This document shows positions 9,635-20,099 of a stretch of DNA of 64,000 nucleotides, in pieces. The stretch spans positions 512,001 through 576,000 of the forward strand of contig CAUVWX020000001.1 of the NCBI GenBank assembly GCA_963555815.3, read 5' to 3'. Numbering within the stretch: the first letter of the stretch is position 1; every line of letters begins with the position of its first letter. The translations under genes were made by a program, and so were the position numbers. Origin of the DNA: a bacterium. GTDB lineage: Bacteria; UBA8248; JACPRG01; G963555815. A model generated the notes under the pieces. It saw nothing but the letters and a program-made list of their open reading frames with translations, had not been told where the DNA came from and made no database searches.

Positions 9635-10291
9635 TCAGGGGTAGGCCTGATATTTCTTCTCAGCCTTACCGGCGAGGACGGCCGATTCCGGCTGCTTCAC
9701 CTCTAGGACATAGGGCTGATCCACCGAGAGCTTGAGAAGTTGTTCCAGGAGTTTTTGGTCTTCCTTCCCCTCCCACTTTCCCTCTTCCAGCTTCACGAAG
9801 AGGGGCCTCCCGCCGTTGAAGATGAGGGTCGGGACGCCGAAGACCCCATGCTTTTCGACGGCCTCCATGTGCCCTCGGGCCACCCCCTCCAACTGGCTTC
9901 GGCTCTTGAGATCACTGGCGAAGCGCTCCCCATCGAGCCCCGCCTCCTTGGCCACGTCGAGGAGGATGAGCTGGTTCGTGATGTCGAGGTTCTTCTGATG
10001 TCTCGCCCGAAAGAGGAGGAGATGGAATCGCCCAAAGGCCTCCTCCCCCTGAAGGGCAGCGCACCTGGCCGCCTCGAGGGGTGGAAGGTCCCGGCTGGGG
10101 AAAAAGTCGTCCTCCCAGATCTTCCATTCCGGACCCCGCTTCTCCTGAAAGTTCACCTGTTCCAGGATGAAGGGCTTATAGACGACCCGAAGGAGCCGAC
10201 TCTCCCTTAGACGTTCGAGCCACTCCGTGGCCCGATAGGCAAAGGGTCAGACGTAGCAGACATAGCAGGTGACGTCGAGGGCTTGATTCAT
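9635..10291 (-). CDS. DsbA/FrnE-family thiol oxidoreductase, probable selenoprotein (UGA at 10247-10249)
   Basis: ATG at 10291 with GAGGGGAG RBS gives MNQALDVTCYVCYV-UGA-PFAYRATEWL..., in frame with ORF 9635..10156, which carries the GVFGVPT cis-Pro loop. Confidence 0.85.
10215..10235 (-). promoter_or_regulatory. candidate bacterial SECIS hairpin
   Basis: UCGGGCCA-CGGAG-UGGCUCGA stem starting 11 nt 3' of the UGA, with a G-containing loop. Confidence 0.65.
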
Positions 10292-10377
10292 GATGAGCTC
10301 CCCTCGCCCTTTCTGATTTAAAGAAAATGTCCTGGAAACCCCCTGGCTCTTCGTAATCCCCCAGGCCCAGTGAATTT

Positions 10378-10977
10378 CTATTTCGAGCCTTTAGTGGTCC
10401 CCGGCGACAAGATACCGACGAGGGCATAGTTTTCTGCCTTGGGACTCCATCGGCCCCCCACGCGAAACCCAAGCCTGCGGAGCATCGCCCCCATGCGAGC
10501 GGCGGAGATCCGGTCGTCGAGGGGAGGCCCGGTTTCGGTCCGCCGCTTCTTCCAGTCGATGATGGCGAAGATCCCTCCCGGGCGAAGGAGACGCCTTGCC
10601 TCCCGAAGGAGGAGAGGGGGGTCATCAACCTCGTGAAGGACATAACTGAGCAGGCAGAAGTCGGCCACCCCTTTGGCAAAGGAGGAGGTGTATTCCCTCG
10701 AGGGTTTCAGGACGAGGTTCGAGACGCCGGCCTGAGCAGCCCGCTCCCTTGCCACCCGCAACATCGCCCGCGAGGTGTCGCAGGCGAAGACCCGCCCCTT
10801 CTCTCCTACGATCTTGGCAGCGGGAATGGCGAAATAGCCAGGTCCACACCCAAGGTCCACAGCGACCATCCCGCGGCGAAGGCCCATCCGCCGAAGGATT
10901 TTAAAAGGAGGGGTGGTTCGAAGGCGAGTGGGGCGGATGAGGAGATACATCTCCTCCGCTGGAAACTTCCAGGCCAT
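10378..10977 (-). CDS. class I SAM-dependent methyltransferase
   Basis: VDLGCGPG motif I; LLRPGG; DWKK...GPP pattern. Confidence 0.88.
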   Translation of the reverse strand: MAWKFPAEEMYLLIRPTRLRTTPPFKILRRMGLRRGMVAVDLGCGPGYFAIPAAKIVGEKGRVFACDTSRAMLRVARERAAQAGVSNLVLKPSREYTSSFAKGVADFCLLSYVLHEVDDPPLLLREARRLLRPGGIFAIIDWKKRRTETGPPLDDRISAARMGAMLRRLGFRVGGRWSPKAENYALVGILSPGTTKGSK

Positions 10978-11211
10978 GCCGAAACCTCTTTCGTGAAAGT
11001 AAAAGAGGGTGCATTTTCACCTGCGAAGTTCTATAAATCAAGGGAAGGAACCAGGGTCGTTCGAGATATTTTATCTTCACAAACCCTCTTTTGCCCTTTG
11101 AGATCATCCCCTTCTCCTGTTCGTCGTAATGGCGAGGACCGCGGTCCTCGCCCGGAGAAGGCCTTAAGACGGCGGACCTGCCTGGTGCGCGAGAAGAAGA
11201 AGTGGGGGGCC

Positions 11212-11532
11212 ATGGACGCGCAGGCCCTGCGTCATCGGATAGAAGGCTATCTCTATATCTTCGAGTCTCTACCCTCCCGGGAAGACACCCTCTCCGGGTG
11301 CATCCAGCGCCTTCGGGCCCTGGCCAAGGAGGCGGGCGATGAGGAAGAAAAGAAAGAGCGGGCGAAGCGCCTAGACCTCCTCGTTAAGGAGGCCAAGGCT
11401 TGCGTCAACTGGTCGGAACTGGGAGTAGCGGGAAAGACGGCCCTCTTCAACCAGCTTCAGCGAAGTGAGCGTTATCTGGAATTGAAACCAGAGATCGATC
11501 CCTGTCTGACCGAGGTCTTCTTCAAACCGTGA
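11212..11532 (+). CDS. hypothetical protein (106 aa)
   Basis: ATG after GGGGGG; helical, charged, coding-like sequence MDAQALRHRIEGYLYIFE... Confidence 0.5.
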   Translation: MDAQALRHRIEGYLYIFESLPSREDTLSGCIQRLRALAKEAGDEEEKKERAKRLDLLVKEAKACVNWSELGVAGKTALFNQLQRSERYLELKPEIDPCLTEVFFKP

Positions 11533-11670
11533 AGAAAAATCCAAGGGCCGCCCGGATCCCCCTGCCGGTGACCTCATCATCATTGTCCAGGGCAGATCAG
11601 GAGACCTTTTTTCCCTTTGCGTCTTCGTTTCCGGGGACTAATAAAGTATAGTAGCGAGGGTATGAGGTTT

Positions 11671-11686
11671 GGGGGGGGGGGGGGGG
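11671..11686 (+). repeat. G16 homopolymer just upstream of nuoA start
   Basis: 16 consecutive G ending 4 nt before the GTG at 11691. Confidence 0.9.
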
Positions 11687-11690
11687 CAGC

Positions 11691-12083
11691 GTGGAACTGG
11701 TTAACCGGTTTTTCAGTGACTACACTGTCATCCATCCCTATATCCCCATCTTCATTTTCATCCTGGTGGCGGCGGCCTTCGGAATCGGGACCCTCCTCCT
11801 GGCCTATCTCATCCGGCCCAACCGGCCAAACACTGAGAAACTCTCCCCCTATGAGTGCGGGATCCCGCCCCTCACGCGGGCGGGGGAACAATTTTCCATC
11901 CGGTTTTACATCGTCGCCATCCTCTTCCTCCTCTTTGACGTGGAGGCGGTCTTCCTGTTTCCCTGGGCAGTGGTCCACGGCCGGCTCGGCCTTTTTGGCT
12001 TCGTCGAGATGATGCTCTTCATCCTCATCCTCCTCGTCGGTTACTTCTACGCCTGGCGTAAAGGGGCCCTGGAATGGGTGTAG
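11691..12083 (+). CDS. nuoA: NADH-quinone oxidoreductase subunit A
   Basis: YECG, FDVE..FLFPWA and KGALEW motifs. Confidence 0.95.
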   Translation: MELVNRFFSDYTVIHPYIPIFIFILVAAAFGIGTLLLAYLIRPNRPNTEKLSPYECGIPPLTRAGEQFSIRFYIVAILFLLFDVEAVFLFPWAVVHGRLGLFGFVEMMLFILILLVGYFYAWRKGALEWV

Positions 12084-12550
12084 TGGAACACGCCTTCGAG
12101 GAGAACATCTTCACGACAACCCTCGATTACCTGGCCAATTGGGCCCGAAAGTCATCCCTTTGGCCCATGCAATTCGGCCTGGCCTGCTGCGCGATTGAGA
12201 TGATGGCCACAGGCGCCTCCCGATATGACCTCGACCGCTTTGGGATCATCTTCAGGGCGAGCCCGCGTCAGTCGGACGTGATGATCGTGGCCGGGACCGT
12301 CACCTACAAGATGGCCCCGGTTTTGCGTAAGATCTATGACCAGATGGCAGAACCCCGGTGGGTGGTCTCCATGGGGAGCTGCTCGACGGCAGGAGGACCT
12401 TTCAACACCTACTCCACCCTCCAGGGAGTGGACCAGGTGGTCCCCGTCGACATCTATGTCACGGGCTGCCCTCCCCGCCCAGAGGCCCTGATGTGGGGGA
12501 TTCTGAAGCTGCAGGAAAAGATCCAGCAGGAAAAGTTTCTTCGAAAGTAG
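12074..12550 (+). CDS. nuoB: NADH-quinone oxidoreductase subunit B
   Basis: [18 protein letters not shown] and GCPPRPE (N2 cluster ligands). Confidence 0.97.
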   Translation: MGVVEHAFEENIFTTTLDYLANWARKSSLWPMQFGLACCAIEMMATGASRYDLDRFGIIFRASPRQSDVMIVAGTVTYKMAPVLRKIYDQMAEPRWVVSMGSCSTAGGPFNTYSTLQGVDQVVPVDIYVTGCPPRPEALMWGILKLQEKIQQEKFLRK

Positions 12551-12636
12551 CCCAGGGAAACGATGACCGTGAGTCAGGAAAGCCAAAGGGACCAGGGAGG
12601 CCAAAGGGACGACGGGAAGGTTTTTTTGGCGCCCTT

Positions 12637-12654
12637 TTGTGAATTTTTGCACAG
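12637..12654. promoter_or_regulatory. Rex- or CRP/FNR-like palindromic operator
   Basis: TTGTGAA-TTTT-TGCACAG versus Rex consensus TTGTGAA-N4-TTCACAA; lies in the nuoB-nuoC gap. Confidence 0.5.
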
Positions 12655-12686
12655 GTTAGGCTGATCTCCGTCTGAGAAGGGACGAG

Positions 12687-13343
12687 ATGACCAAAGAGAA
12701 CCCCGCCGCCGCGGCTGAGCCCGAGGAGCCCAAAGAGCCCCCGGCCGAGAAACCCTCGGCCTCGGGGGAGAAAGAGGCCCCGTCGCCGGCGAAGGCAGAG
12801 AAGAAGCCCGACGAAAATCTCGAGGACCTCCCCTTGATGAAAGCCATTCGTGCCTTCTCAGGGGAAGGGGTGGAAGAGGTTTCCTCCTTCACGGGAAAAG
12901 AGGACGAGCTCACCGTCGTCGTCCGGCGGGACCAGATCCACCCACTTTGCCTCCACCTCAAAGACCAACACAATTTCAATTTTCTAGCGGACCTCTGCGG
13001 CGTCCACTACCCGGACCGGGATCGCCCCTTTGAGGTGGTCTATCACCTCTATGGCTTGGAGCGAAGGGAGCGCCTTCGGCTGAAGGTCCGCCTTGGGGAG
13101 GCGGAGGCGGCCCCAACCGTATCTGACATCTGGCGGACGGCCAACTGGCTCGAACGAGAAGCCTACGACATGGTGGGGATTGATTTCGAGGGCCATCCCG
13201 ACCTCAGACGGATCCTCCTCCCGGACGACTGGGAAGGCCATCCCCTCCGAAAGGAGTATCCCGTTCGCGGGGACGGGTTCGGGCTTCAATGGGTGGAGCG
13301 CCACATCCCGCCAGCCGCCCGGCCCATAGCCCATCGAGAGTGA
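12687..13343 (+). CDS. nuoC: NADH-quinone oxidoreductase subunit C (low-complexity N-terminal extension)
   Basis: [22 protein letters not shown] and GHPLRKEYP motifs. Confidence 0.95.
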   Translation: MTKENPAAAAEPEEPKEPPAEKPSASGEKEAPSPAKAEKKPDENLEDLPLMKAIRAFSGEGVEEVSSFTGKEDELTVVVRRDQIHPLCLHLKDQHNFNFLADLCGVHYPDRDRPFEVVYHLYGLERRERLRLKVRLGEAEAAPTVSDIWRTANWLEREAYDMVGIDFEGHPDLRRILLPDDWEGHPLRKEYPVRGDGFGLQWVERHIPPAARPIAHRE

Positions 13344-13347
13344 GACG

Positions 13348-14472
13348 ATGACCCAGGTCACCCCAGAGACCATCGTCCCCCAGGTGGAAGAGCTCATCCT
13401 GAACATGGGGCCGCAGCACCCCAGCACCCACGGGGTCCTTCGCGTCATCCTCCGGCTAAAGGGGGAGATTGTGCAAGGGGTTGATGTGGACATCGGCTAT
13501 CTCCACCGGGGCGTCGAAAAGATCGGCGAGAACATCACCTACGCCCAGTTCGTTCCCTACACAGACCGAACGGATTACGTGGCCTCCCCGGCCAACAACC
13601 TGGGATATGTGGAGGCGGTGGAGAAGCTCGCCCTGATGCAGGTCCCAGCCCGGGCCCAGTACATCCGGGTCATCACAGCCGAGCTCACCCGGATTGCGAG
13701 CCACCTCCTCTGGCTCGCCACCCACGCCCTGGACATCGGGGCCATGACGGTCTTCCTCTATTGTTTCCGGGACCGGGAGAAGGTCTTGGACCTCTTTGAG
13801 ATCGCCTTTGGGGCCCGACTCACGGTCCACGCCTTCCGCGTCGGGGGCATCTACCACGACCCCCCCAAACTCTTCTACGACAAGTGTACGGAGTTCGCCC
13901 GCGAGTTTCCCAAGGCCATCTACGACTATGAAGACCTCCTCACCGAGAACCGCATCTGGCAGTCCAGGACCCGCGGAGTGGCCGTCCTTTCCGCCGAGGA
14001 CGCCATTGACCTCGGGGCCAGTGGGCCCATCCTGAGGGCCTCCGGCGTGGCCCATGACGTGCGGCGTGCAGAGCCCTACGCCGCCTATGAGGATTTTGAC
14101 TTCACCATCCCGGTGGGAAAGAACGGCGATGTCTATGACCGTTACCTCGTCCGTGTGGAGGAGATGCGCCAGAGCGCCTTCATTATCGAGCAGGCCGCCG
14201 CCGACCTCCCCTCCGGAAAGACCATGGCCAAGGTTCCCCGGGTGTTGAAGCCAAAAAGGGGGGAAGTCTACCACCGGATAGAGAGCCCCAAGGGGGAGCT
14301 GGGCTACTATCTGGTCAGTGACGGGACCGACCGGGCTTACCGGCTGAGGATCCGTCCCCCCTCTTTCGTGAATCTGCAGTCGATCTCCACCATGATGCAG
14401 GGCGGCCTCGTCGCGGACGCCGTCGCCGCCATCGGGAGCATCGATATCGTGCTCGGGGAAGTGGATCGTTAA
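13348..14472 (+). CDS. nuoD: NADH-quinone oxidoreductase subunit D
   Basis: [23 protein letters not shown] and GEVDR; no NiFe-binding CxxC. Confidence 0.96.
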   Translation: MTQVTPETIVPQVEELILNMGPQHPSTHGVLRVILRLKGEIVQGVDVDIGYLHRGVEKIGENITYAQFVPYTDRTDYVASPANNLGYVEAVEKLALMQVPARAQYIRVITAELTRIASHLLWLATHALDIGAMTVFLYCFRDREKVLDLFEIAFGARLTVHAFRVGGIYHDPPKLFYDKCTEFAREFPKAIYDYEDLLTENRIWQSRTRGVAVLSAEDAIDLGASGPILRASGVAHDVRRAEPYAAYEDFDFTIPVGKNGDVYDRYLVRVEEMRQSAFIIEQAAADLPSGKTMAKVPRVLKPKRGEVYHRIESPKGELGYYLVSDGTDRAYRLRIRPPSFVNLQSISTMMQGGLVADAVAAIGSIDIVLGEVDR

Positions 14473-14511
14473 GGTCAGCGCCCCCCCCAGCGGAGGCCAA
14501 GGTGTACATAG

Positions 14512-15594
14512 ATGTGGCTTGAAGTTGGCTTCGCCCTCATCAAGATCCTGATTATCTGGGGGGCAGTCTCGTTCCTGGTGGCCTACATGGTCTACTTCGA
14601 GCGAAAGGTCATCGGGCACATTCAGGTGCGCATGGGTCCCATGCGGGTCGGCTACCACGGCCTCCTTCAGCCCATTGCCGACGGTCTAAAACTCTTCCTC
14701 AAAGAAGACATCATCCCGCACCAGGCGGATCGACCGGTCTTCCTGATGGCCCCGCTCTTCGCCCTCATCCCCGCCTTCATCGTCTACTCGGTCATCCCCA
14801 TCTCGGGGAACTTCTTCATTGCCAACATCGACATTGGGATCATCTACATCCTCGGGATCTCCTCCCTCGGTGTCTTCGGCATCGTCATGGCGGGCTGGGC
14901 CTCGGGGAGCAAGTATTCCCTGCTGGGGGGGTTCCGGAGCGCGGCCCAACTCATCAGCTACGAGATCTTTCTGGGGTTCGCCCTGATCGGCCCTCTCATG
15001 GTGGCCGGGTCCCTGAACCTCCTTGAGATTGTCGAGGCCCAGAAGAACGTCTGGTTCATCTTCTATCAGCCGCTGGCTTTCGTCCTCTACTTCGTCGCCG
15101 GGCTCGCCGAGACCAACCGCCACCCCTTTGACCTCCCCGAGGCCGAAACAGAGCTGGTGGGGGGCTTCCACACCGAGTACAGCGGCATGAAGTTCGCCTT
15201 CTTCTTCCTGGCCGAGTACGCCAACATGATGGTGATCTGCTCCATCGGGGCGATCATCTTCTTCGGGGGCTGGCAAATCCCGCAGTTCCTGGAAACCATC
15301 ATCTCGGGTGGGGTGGACCTGGTCACCTCCCTGGTGGCATCGGCCCTCGGCGCCGCCCCTACGGGGTTGGCTTCCCTGGTCCAGAACATCGGGGGGGTGG
15401 TGAAGGCCGTCCTCATCTCAGGACCTCTCTGGTTCTTCCTCAAGGTGCTGTTCGGGATGTTCCTGTTCTTCTGGATCAGGGGGACCCTGCCGCGCTTTCG
15501 CTATGACCGGCTCATGGCAATGGGGTGGAAGTTAATGTTCCCGCTGGCTCTCTTGAACATCTTCATCACCGGCATCGTTCTGCATCTCGTTTAA
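14512..15594 (+). CDS. nuoH: NADH-quinone oxidoreductase subunit H
   Basis: [19 protein letters not shown] and LPRFRYD motifs. Confidence 0.96.
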   Translation: MWLEVGFALIKILIIWGAVSFLVAYMVYFERKVIGHIQVRMGPMRVGYHGLLQPIADGLKLFLKEDIIPHQADRPVFLMAPLFALIPAFIVYSVIPISGNFFIANIDIGIIYILGISSLGVFGIVMAGWASGSKYSLLGGFRSAAQLISYEIFLGFALIGPLMVAGSLNLLEIVEAQKNVWFIFYQPLAFVLYFVAGLAETNRHPFDLPEAETELVGGFHTEYSGMKFAFFFLAEYANMMVICSIGAIIFFGGWQIPQFLETIISGGVDLVTSLVASALGAAPTGLASLVQNIGGVVKAVLISGPLWFFLKVLFGMFLFFWIRGTLPRFRYDRLMAMGWKLMFPLALLNIFITGIVLHLV

Positions 15595-15607
15595 AGGGGA
15601 TCCCAAG

Positions 15608-16129
15608 ATGGAATGGCCATTTTTTCTCATCTTTGCGGTCGGGATGATCGCCTCCTCCGTGATGGTCATCAGCCTGAGAAACATGGTCCACAGCGCCCTC
15701 TCTCTCCTCCTCAGCTTCTTCTTCGTGGCTGCCCTCTACGTCATGCTGGGAGCGGAGTTTCTCGCCGCCATCCAGATCCTCATCTACGCCGGGGCCATCA
15801 TGATGCTCTACGTCTTCGTCATCATGCTCGTTAATGTGCGCGAGCAAATGGGGGTTCGTCAGTGGAACCGCCAGCGGGCCTTCGCTTTCATCATCGGCGG
15901 GCTCCTGGCCGCCGAGTTCCTGGTCATCCTGTTGACGGGATTCTTCGATTTGCTGCCCCCGGCGAGGGTTGTCGCAGAAGGGGCGAAGGCCACTGCTGAG
16001 ATAGGCAACACCGAGGCCTTCGGGAGCGTTCTCTACACCCAGTTCCTCTTCCCCTTTGAGGTGGTCTCCCTCCTCCTCCTGGCGGCCATGATCGGGGCCA
16101 TCGTGCTGGCCAAGCGAGAGATTAAGTAA
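15608..16129 (+). CDS. nuoJ: NADH-quinone oxidoreductase subunit J
   Basis: AEFLAAIQILIYAGAIMMLYVFVIML; FPFE. Confidence 0.95.
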   Translation: MEWPFFLIFAVGMIASSVMVISLRNMVHSALSLLLSFFFVAALYVMLGAEFLAAIQILIYAGAIMMLYVFVIMLVNVREQMGVRQWNRQRAFAFIIGGLLAAEFLVILLTGFFDLLPPARVVAEGAKATAEIGNTEAFGSVLYTQFLFPFEVVSLLLLAAMIGAIVLAKREIK

Positions 16130-16432
16130 ATGGTCCCCATTCCTTACTACCTCGCCCTGGGGGGCATCATCTTCCTGATTGGGGCCGTCGGGGTCCTGAC
16201 CAGGCGAAACATCATGATCATCCTGATGTCCATCGAACTCATGCTGAACGCCGTCAACCTGACCCTGATTGCCTTCTCCAGGGCCCATGGGAACCTAACG
16301 GGGCAGGTCTTCGCCATCTTTGTCATCGCGGTGGCGGCGGCCGAGGCTGCCGTCGGACTCGCCCTCATCATCTCCATCAACCGGCGAAGAGCCACCCTGA
16401 ACGTCGACGAGATCAACCTGTTGAAATGGTGA
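16130..16432 (+). CDS. nuoK: NADH-quinone oxidoreductase subunit K
   Basis: SIELMLNA and [10 protein letters not shown] motifs. Confidence 0.96.
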   Translation: MVPIPYYLALGGIIFLIGAVGVLTRRNIMIILMSIELMLNAVNLTLIAFSRAHGNLTGQVFAIFVIAVAAAEAAVGLALIISINRRRATLNVDEINLLKW

Positions 16433-16437
16433 TGTGA

Positions 16438-18459
16438 GTGCTGAATTTTTTGCCTCTCGTTCTCGCTTTTCCGGCCCTGGGGGTCTTGGTGAACGGATTC
16501 CTCGGGCGCTACATCGGAAGGAAGGCCCACTGGCCCGCCATTATCTCCACCGGCCTCTCTCTGGGGCTGTCCCTCTTCTTCCTCTACCAGGCGGTCTTTC
16601 GGGGCCTGAGCGGCGAGGTACGCCTCTTTGAGTGGATCGCGGCGCCAAGCTTTCTGGCCGAAGTGGCGTTCCTTCTGGACCCCCTCAGCGCCGTGATGCT
16701 CTTCGTGGTGACGGGAGTGGGGTTCGTCATCCACGTCTACTCGGCCGGGTACATGCGCGGGGACCCGGGCTACTCCCGCTACTTCGCCTATCTGAACCTC
16801 TTCATGTTCTCGATGCTCCTTCTCATCCTGGCCAACAACTACCTCCTCATGTTCGTCGGCTGGGAGGGGGTGGGCCTCTGTTCCTATCTCCTCATCGGCT
16901 TTTGGTACCACAAGAAGTCAGCCGCCGACGCGGGGAAAAAGGCCTTCATCATGAACCGCATCGGGGACGCGAGTTTCCTTCTGGGCCTCTTTCTCATCTT
17001 CCAGACCTTCGGGACGCTGAACTACGCAGGCGTCTTCAGTCAGGCCGGGGCCGCGGTGCCGGGCTCCGCCATCGCCGGCGCGGCGACGGCCATTACGCTC
17101 CTCCTCTTTGTGGGGGCCGTGGGGAAATCGGCCCAGCTTCCCCTCTACACCTGGCTTCCGGACGCCATGGAAGGCCCCACTCCGGTCAGCGCCCTCATCC
17201 ACGCCGCCACCATGGTGACCGCCGGGGTTTACATGGTGGCCCGCTCGAACGCCCTCTATCTCCTCTCCCCCGTGTCTATGAGCGTGGTGGCTCTGGTCGG
17301 GGCCCTCACGGCCATCTTCGCCGCCTCCATTGCGCTCGTCCAGAATGACATCAAAAAGGTCCTGGCTTACTCCACGGTGAGCCAGCTCGGCTACATGTTT
17401 CTGGCCCTTGGGGTGGGGGCCTTCGGGGCCGGGATCTTCCACCTCATGACCCACGCCTTCTTCAAAGGTCTCCTGTTCCTCGGCGCAGGGAGCGTCATCC
17501 ACGCCCTGCACTCCGACCCGGAGGAGGGGCGAAGACAGGATCTTCGCTACATGGGGGGGCTTCGTCGCCACCTCCCCCTCACGGCCATCACCTTTTACGT
17601 GGGAGCCCTCGCCATCGCCGGGATCCCGCCCTTCGCGGGCTTCTTCAGCAAAGATGAGATCCTGGCCGAGACCTTCAAGGGGGGCCACTACTTCCTCTAC
17701 GCCCTGGGGATCATCACCGCCTTCATGACGGCCTTCTACATGTTCCGCCTCATCTATCTCGCCTTCTACGGAAAACCCCGGGGCGACCCTCACGTTGTCT
17801 CCCATGTCCACGAATCCCCCGCCGTAATGACGGTCCCCTTGGTGATCCTCGCCGTCCTCGCCCTGGTGGGGGGCTGGGTCGGCATCCCGCAGATGAACCT
17901 CTTTCACGACTATTTGGCGCCTGTCTTCCCAGACGGGGGCCACGCCGGCATCCAGCTGGTGGCCGCTTCAGCGGGGAGCGAATCAGGCGGGTTCGGTGCC
18001 CTGGAGCTGTGGCTCGCCGTCTTTTCGGTGGCGGTGGGGGTGTCGGGGTGGATGCTGGCCCGCCACATGTATCGAAAGAGGCCAGACCTCCCCGCCAAGG
18101 TGGCCGATCGATTCCGTGGGGTCTACCGGCTCCTCCTCAATAAATACTGGGTGGACGAGATCTACCACGCCGTCTTCGTGCGGCCCTCGATGCGCCTGGC
18201 TCATCTTTGTTCGAGCATCGACACCAAGGGCGTGGACGGGGCTGTCAACGGGGCCTCATGGGGAACGGTGGGCCTCAGCAAGCTGTCTGGCATTTTCGAT
18301 CTTAAAACGGTGGACGGTGCCGTAAATGGGATCGCGGTCATTCTCATCAACTCGGCCCGGGGGCTCCGCCGCCTTCAGACAGGCGTCGTCCAGAACTATG
18401 CCCTGGTCATGCTCCTTGGCATTTTCATCACCGTGAGCCTCTTCCTCCTTCTCGGTTGA
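16438..18459 (+). CDS. nuoL: NADH-quinone oxidoreductase subunit L
   Basis: GWEGVG, KSAQLPL.TWLPDAMEGPTPVSALIHAATMV and HAFFK motifs. Confidence 0.97.
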   Translation: MLNFLPLVLAFPALGVLVNGFLGRYIGRKAHWPAIISTGLSLGLSLFFLYQAVFRGLSGEVRLFEWIAAPSFLAEVAFLLDPLSAVMLFVVTGVGFVIHVYSAGYMRGDPGYSRYFAYLNLFMFSMLLLILANNYLLMFVGWEGVGLCSYLLIGFWYHKKSAADAGKKAFIMNRIGDASFLLGLFLIFQTFGTLNYAGVFSQAGAAVPGSAIAGAATAITLLLFVGAVGKSAQLPLYTWLPDAMEGPTPVSALIHAATMVTAGVYMVARSNALYLLSPVSMSVVALVGALTAIFAASIALVQNDIKKVLAYSTVSQLGYMFLALGVGAFGAGIFHLMTHAFFKGLLFLGAGSVIHALHSDPEEGRRQDLRYMGGLRRHLPLTAITFYVGALAIAGIPPFAGFFSKDEILAETFKGGHYFLYALGIITAFMTAFYMFRLIYLAFYGKPRGDPHVVSHVHESPAVMTVPLVILAVLALVGGWVGIPQMNLFHDYLAPVFPDGGHAGIQLVAASAGSESGGFGALELWLAVFSVAVGVSGWMLARHMYRKRPDLPAKVADRFRGVYRLLLNKYWVDEIYHAVFVRPSMRLAHLCSSIDTKGVDGAVNGASWGTVGLSKLSGIFDLKTVDGAVNGIAVILINSARGLRRLQTGVVQNYALVMLLGIFITVSLFLLLG

Positions 18460-18500
18460 GGAGAGATGACTTCTAAGTTCTGACTGGGAGTTTCGCTTCT

Positions 18501-20096
18501 ATGACAAACGCCCTCGGCTTCTCCGTCCTTTCGATAACGGCCTACGTCCCTATCGTAGGGGCCATCCTGATCATGTTCCTCTTCTCCAGGCAGCGACCAC
18601 TCGCCATCAAGTGGTTCGCCTTCGGTGTCTCGCTGATCTCCCTCTTTTTCTCACTCTTCATGATCCCCTACTTTGAGCCGAGCAATGTCCAAATGCAGTT
18701 CGTCGAACGCGCGGAGTGGATCCCATCCATCGGGGTCCAATACTTCTTTGGCATCGATGGGATCAGCCTCCCCCTCATCATCCTGACCACGCTCCTCAGC
18801 TCCGTTGCGGTTCTCTGCTCCTTCAGCAACATCGGGGAACGGCAAAAAGAGTACTACGTGAGCCTCCTCATCCTGGAGACAGGGATGCTGGGGGTCTTCA
18901 TGGCCCTTGACGTTTTCCTGTTCTACGTCTTCTGGGAGGTCATGCTGGTCCCCATGTATTTCCTCATCGGCATCTGGGGGGGACAGAGGAAGCTCTACGC
19001 CGCCATCAAGTTCTTTCTCTACACACTCTTCGGGAGCGTCTTCATCCTCCTGGGTTTTCTGGCCCTTTACTTCCTAAACGCAAACCCCGCCTACGGCTCC
19101 GGCGAGTTCACCTTTAACTTGCTTGAGCTCTACCGGATGGCGCCGAGGCTGCCCGAGAATTTTCAGTTCTGGATCTTCCTCGCTCTCTTTGTGGGCTTCG
19201 CCATCAAGGTCCCCTTATTCCCCCTCCACACCTGGCTTCCAGACGCCCACGTGGAGGCCCCCACGGCGGGAAGTGTCATCCTGGCCGGGGTGCTCCTCAA
19301 GATGGGGACCTATGGCTTTGTCCGCTTCAGCCTCCCCCTGCTGCCCAAGGCCAGCTTCAACCTTGTCCCTTTCATCTCCCTTCTGGCCATCATCGGGATC
19401 ATCTACGGGGCCCTTGTGGCCATGGCCCAGAAAGACATTAAAAAACTGGTGGCCTATAGCTCCGTGAGCCATCTCGGGTTCGTCATGCTGGGGATCTTCG
19501 CCCTGAACTCCCAGGGTCTTCTTGGGGCCCTTCTCCAGAACCTGAACCACGGTCTCTCCACCGGGGCCCTCTTCTTGATCGTGGGGATCCTCTATGAGCG
19601 CAGACACACCCGAATGATCGCCGACTACGGAGGTCTCTCCAGCGTGATGCCGGTCTTCACGGTGGTCTTCGCCATCGCCATGTTCTCATCCATCGGGCTT
19701 CCCGGCCTCAACGGCTTCGTGGGAGAATTCCTCATCCTCCTTGGGGTCTTTCAGACGAGCACGGTGTACGCCGCCTTCGCTGTCACGGGGATCGTCCTCG
19801 GGGCGGGCTATATGCTCTGGCTCTTCCAGCGGATGATGTTCGGGCCCGTGACCCATGAGGAGAACCGAAATCTCCGGGACATGAACCGCCGCGAAGTCGC
19901 CTACATGCTCCCCATCCTCGTCCTCATGTTCTGGATTGGGATCTACCCCAAGCCTTACCTCGAAATCATGGAACCAAGCGTCAAGAACCTCATCCAGCAC
20001 GTGGAGCTGGCCCGGGGGACGCCCGAAAGCCTATCCGCCCAGGCGTCTGAGGCCTTGAGACAGCATCAGTACCTGACCACAGAATGGAGCAGGTAG
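18501..20096 (+). CDS. nuoM: NADH-quinone oxidoreductase subunit M
   Basis: FWEVMLVP and HTWLPDAHVEAPTAGSVILAGVLLKMG motifs. Confidence 0.96.
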   Translation: MTNALGFSVLSITAYVPIVGAILIMFLFSRQRPLAIKWFAFGVSLISLFFSLFMIPYFEPSNVQMQFVERAEWIPSIGVQYFFGIDGISLPLIILTTLLSSVAVLCSFSNIGERQKEYYVSLLILETGMLGVFMALDVFLFYVFWEVMLVPMYFLIGIWGGQRKLYAAIKFFLYTLFGSVFILLGFLALYFLNANPAYGSGEFTFNLLELYRMAPRLPENFQFWIFLALFVGFAIKVPLFPLHTWLPDAHVEAPTAGSVILAGVLLKMGTYGFVRFSLPLLPKASFNLVPFISLLAIIGIIYGALVAMAQKDIKKLVAYSSVSHLGFVMLGIFALNSQGLLGALLQNLNHGLSTGALFLIVGILYERRHTRMIADYGGLSSVMPVFTVVFAIAMFSSIGLPGLNGFVGEFLILLGVFQTSTVYAAFAVTGIVLGAGYMLWLFQRMMFGPVTHEENRNLRDMNRREVAYMLPILVLMFWIGIYPKPYLEIMEPSVKNLIQHVELARGTPESLSAQASEALRQHQYLTTEWSR

Positions 20097-20099
20097 GAG

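Noticed and set aside
12074..14472. Group 4 NiFe hydrogenase instead of complex I
   Set aside because: The D subunit lacks both NiFe-binding CxxC motifs and has quinone-site NuoD motifs.
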